A stretch of DNA of 64,000 nt from Candidatus Bathyarchaeota archaeon. Lineage in GTDB: Archaea > Thermoproteota > Bathyarchaeia > Bathyarchaeales > Bathycorpusculaceae. The position numbers were made by a program, and so were the translations under genes. Shown piece by piece: positions 61,127 to 64,000 of the stretch. Location of the stretch: the NCBI GenBank assembly GCA_963717465.1, contig OY970340.1, positions 1,216,001 to 1,280,000 on the forward strand, given 5' to 3'. Every line of letters begins with the position of its first letter. Positions within the stretch are counted from its first letter, which is position 1. The notes beneath the pieces are model-generated. The model made no database searches. It saw nothing but the letters and a program-made list of their open reading frames with translations, and had not been told where the DNA came from.

Positions 61127-61978
61127 TTACTCTTGTTTAGCTTCCTTTGCTTTTTCCGTTCCACTTCCTTTTTGACTCTTGGGCATTTCTCCCTTAGGCA
61201 GTTCTTTAAAGCCGTATACGCCGACTGGGGGCCAACCTGCTTCAGGCATCGATGCAGGCACTAACATTATTGTGTTTGTACCTGCTTGTTGACCAAGTTC
61301 ATATAGGATGTTCATCCATCTAAGCCTTAATCCTTCTGCGCTTGACTCGTACATTTTTGCGGCTTCAATCATTTTTTGTGCGGCTTCAAATTCAGCTGTT
61401 GCTAAAGTAACTCGTGCAATACGTTCGCGTTCAGCTTGTGCTTGGCGGCTCATGGCGTCTTGAAGGTTGCCCGGTATAATAACATCCCGAATTTCTACGG
61501 CGGTGGCTTTTATTCCCCATGACTCAGTTTTTTCATCAATTATTTCCCGCAAATGTGCTCCTACTTTTTCACGTTCTGCCAATAACTCGTTGAGTGAAAC
61601 TTTGCCGATAACTTCCCTAAGGGTGGTTTGAGAAGCCAATTGGGTGGCTTGATAATAATTTTCAACTTGTAAAACTGCTTTTTGAAGATCAACAGGCTTC
61701 ATGTACAATACTGAATCAACGTTTACGGGGACGTTGTCTTTTGTGAGTGTTGACTCAGTCCTGAATTGTATAGTATCAAGTCGAGTTGAGATTTTTAAGG
61801 GTACGCGGTCAATGATGGGTATGATATATATGATGCCGGGGCCTTTCAAGCCCACAAAGCGTCCAAGTCTCAGCACGGGCACTCTTTCCCATTCTTTGAG
61901 TACACGAATACCGCTTAAAAAGAAAATTGCAACAAAAAATGCTATAATTCCAATAATAACTCCTGCAACTTCAGACAT
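61127..61978 (-). CDS. SPFH/stomatin (band 7) family protein
   Basis: LRLGR..GPG, TKDNVPVNVD, QTTLREVIG, QAQAERE. Confidence 0.93.
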   Translation of the reverse strand: MSEVAGVIIGIIAFFVAIFFLSGIRVLKEWERVPVLRLGRFVGLKGPGIIYIIPIIDRVPLKISTRLDTIQFRTESTLTKDNVPVNVDSVLYMKPVDLQKAVLQVENYYQATQLASQTTLREVIGKVSLNELLAEREKVGAHLREIIDEKTESWGIKATAVEIRDVIIPGNLQDAMSRQAQAERERIARVTLATAEFEAAQKMIEAAKMYESSAEGLRLRWMNILYELGQQAGTNTIMLVPASMPEAGWPPVGVYGFKELPKGEMPKSQKGSGTEKAKEAKQE

Positions 61979-62015
61979 CTTTATTCCTCATAGCAGTTAT
62001 TTGTTAACTGTAGAG

Positions 62016-62414
62016 TTAAGCTTTTTCCTCAACAGACTTAACTATTAAAAATATGTCATCCACATCTAAAACTTCAACGGCTTGTCCCTTACTGATTGCT
62101 TGACCTTTGGCAGTAGCTTGCCAGAACTCTCCCATAACTCGAACTTCGCCTTTAGGTTTCAAATCTGTCACTGCAACTCCTCTTGCACCGATAAACGTTT
62201 CTCTGCCTGTTTTCACACGTGAATGCCGTGTTCTAAAAGCCGTGAAGGCTATGAACCCTGTAAAGGCTGCCAAGATAAGTAGGATCACTGCTAAAGCCAT
62301 CTCTGCTTGGGCTGTCACTCCAAAATAAGCAATTCCCGATAGGGCAAAATAAACAAGAAAAACTGCTATAATTAGCGAAATTGCAGATAAAAATGCTGCT
62401 ACCCAATGGTTCAT
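62016..62414 (-). CDS. NfeD-family protein
   Basis: TM segments then TDLKPKGEVRVMGEFWQA; adjacent to the SPFH gene. Confidence 0.88.
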   Translation of the reverse strand: MNHWVAAFLSAISLIIAVFLVYFALSGIAYFGVTAQAEMALAVILLILAAFTGFIAFTAFRTRHSRVKTGRETFIGARGVAVTDLKPKGEVRVMGEFWQATAKGQAISKGQAVEVLDVDDIFLIVKSVEEKA

Positions 62415-62493
62415 TCTTATTCCATTGATAAGTGGATATTAAATGCCTTATAAGTAATTTGTTTCAATACTTAAAGAAAAAAGGTTTTGTTCC

Positions 62494-62628
62494 CTAATCA
62501 AAAACAGAAAAGGGAACCATTTTGGCAACTGCAGATTCCATAGATATCTGCGGCATCGGCGAAGGTCTGCGAGGTGATGGGCGTATCGGTTGTGGCGGTT
62601 CAAGGTCTAGTGGCGCCTGGTTGATCAT
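62494..62628 (-). CDS. Possible 44-aa Pro-rich small protein coupled to the HtrA gene
   Basis: ATGA overlap with the protease stop; GAGGTGA upstream; MINQAPLDLEPPQPIRPSPRRPSPMPQISMESAVAKMVPFSVFD. Confidence 0.45.
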   Translation of the reverse strand: MINQAPLDLEPPQPIRPSPRRPSPMPQISMESAVAKMVPFSVFD

Positions 62629-63554
62629 TCTTCTTCGTCACCTCGGATGGTTGGAACAATTGTTGCTTCGATGAGGTTTTCTCTTCGTATGATGGTTAGT
62701 TTTGATTCTTTCCCAACGACATCTTCAATTAAGAATCTTGGCAGGTCATAGAAGTCCATGACTGGTTTGTCGTTGATTTTCACTATTACGTCGCCCATTG
62801 CTAAGCCTGCTTTGCGTGCTGGTGAGTCTGGCTCGACAGAGAATATCATTACTCCGGTTTCTTGTTCTAATCCTGCTTGTTCAGCTATTTCTTGTGGAAT
62901 TGCAACCGTATTGGCGATTATTCCTAAGTAGCCTTTCTTGACTGTTTTTCCAGTCATTAAACGATCAGCGATGGCCTTCACCTTGTTTACCGGGATAGCT
63001 ATTCCTCGTTGCCAAACATAAGCGGAGTTTATGCCTATCACTTTGCCATCAGCATCAACAAGTGGCCCACCGCTAAAGCCTGGATTCAATTGTGCATCTG
63101 TCGCTATGATATTCTCCATTTGTGTTCCTCGCCAGCCTCTAAGTGTGCTGTTTACGCCTGTTATGATGCCTGTTGTGGCTGTTGGTTGATTCCGGTTGAA
63201 AGGATTAGCGAGTGCCAGAACATATTGGCCTACGTTGAGTTTTTCAGAATCGCCTAGTTCGACGGGGGTGAATTCGCCGCTTTGAGTCTTCAGTAAGGCC
63301 ACGTCACTATATGGGTCTGTGCCTACAATTTTGGCATCGAATGTTTTTTCTCCTTTTCCTATTTTGACTGTGTTGCATCCTGCAAGCACATGGTTGCATG
63401 TAACTATGTAACCGTCAGATGTTAGAACGATGCCGGTTCCTCTTGACATCTCGGCTTTTACGCTGACTACGGACTCTGAGACTTTCTTGATTAAGCTGCT
63501 TGTTGCTTCTGATAGTTGCCTCAAAACTTCTAATGGATTCACAAGTTGAGTCAT
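62625..63554 (-). CDS. HtrA/DegP-like trypsin serine protease with PDZ domain
   Basis: TCNHV, DVALL, NPGFSGGPL, C-terminal PDZ (SPARKAGL..GDVI). Confidence 0.93.
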   Translation of the reverse strand: MTQLVNPLEVLRQLSEATSSLIKKVSESVVSVKAEMSRGTGIVLTSDGYIVTCNHVLAGCNTVKIGKGEKTFDAKIVGTDPYSDVALLKTQSGEFTPVELGDSEKLNVGQYVLALANPFNRNQPTATTGIITGVNSTLRGWRGTQMENIIATDAQLNPGFSGGPLVDADGKVIGINSAYVWQRGIAIPVNKVKAIADRLMTGKTVKKGYLGIIANTVAIPQEIAEQAGLEQETGVMIFSVEPDSPARKAGLAMGDVIVKINDKPVMDFYDLPRFLIEDVVGKESKLTIIRRENLIEATIVPTIRGDEEE

Positions 63555-63630
63555 TTACTTTTTCACCTATCCAGTATTAATAAGCAAAAAAGTATTTGTT
63601 GACTAAGGAAGGCAAAAAGTCAGTCACAAA

Positions 63631-64000
63631 TTAAGCAGGCATACTGAAAGGTGAATTCCCAAAGTATGCGACATGTCTCGCTACTCTTGAACCTTGGTAG
63701 AACTTGCTTATATTCGTCATTAGCTGATAAGAAGCTTTCAAGGCTAAATCCAGACTACTGCTTGTTAAAAACTTAGCATTAATATTCAAGGCTGAACCTT
63801 GGATGTTCGCGGTTATCTGGATCCCCCCATCTTCAGTAATCCACTTTAAAGTTACTCCTTGATTATTCTCCGACATGCCCAGCCAACGGAGAAGTCCAAA
63901 CCATCTTCCTTTAAGGTCGCTAATTAGTTGCTGCGTCATCATATCAGACGGTAGAAATGTCTGCAAAAGCGGTGTCGATTGGTCTTCTTTATGACCTGCT
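63631..64000 (-). CDS. Hypothetical protein, probably 5'-truncated by the window edge
   Basis: Open frame continues upstream of the called start towards the window end. Confidence 0.6.
   Translation of the reverse strand, partial: AGHKEDQSTPLLQTFLPSDMMTQQLISDLKGRWFGLLRWLGMSENNQGVTLKWITEDGGIQITANIQGSALNINAKFLTSSSLDLALKASYQLMTNISKFYQGSRVARHVAYFGNSPFSMPA

Overview
Archaeal chromosomal segment. Gene content (thermosome, proteasome beta, FttA/aCPSF1, EgsA, archaeal SRP RNA, pantoate kinase, corrinoid/MtmB-like genes) suggests Bathyarchaeia; this is inference. A housekeeping backbone (about 20-46 kb and 56-64 kb) is interrupted by accessory DNA. (1) 0-8.3 kb: a co-regulated SCP2/SDR/FAD-oxidoreductase/corrinoid/non-pyrrolysine MtmB cluster. 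Seven transcription units share a ~105-bp upstream module, and three of them are followed by conserved-stem, variable-loop hairpins that look like RNAs. (2) 8.7-19.9 kb: stacked, integrase-less cargo segments at tRNA-Glu, delimited by two repeat families. One segment carries the operon queF-SLATT-TGT-Ogg glycosylase-queC-TIR. This looks like type IV CBASS ancillary genes with the CD-NTase replaced by a ThsB-like TIR protein starting MGGS, a candidate for QueC-mediated N-terminal deazaguanylation. It is the best candidate for a new system. (3) A 3.6-kb IS6-family transposon (24-bp IRs, 8-bp target duplication) carrying a restriction-modification pair. (4) An SCP2/SDR/AOR/GH5 region after tRNA-Lys. 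Many genes, including trpB, carry small frameshifts, which probably reflect assembly error. All family calls come from motif recognition by eye; no database searches were run.
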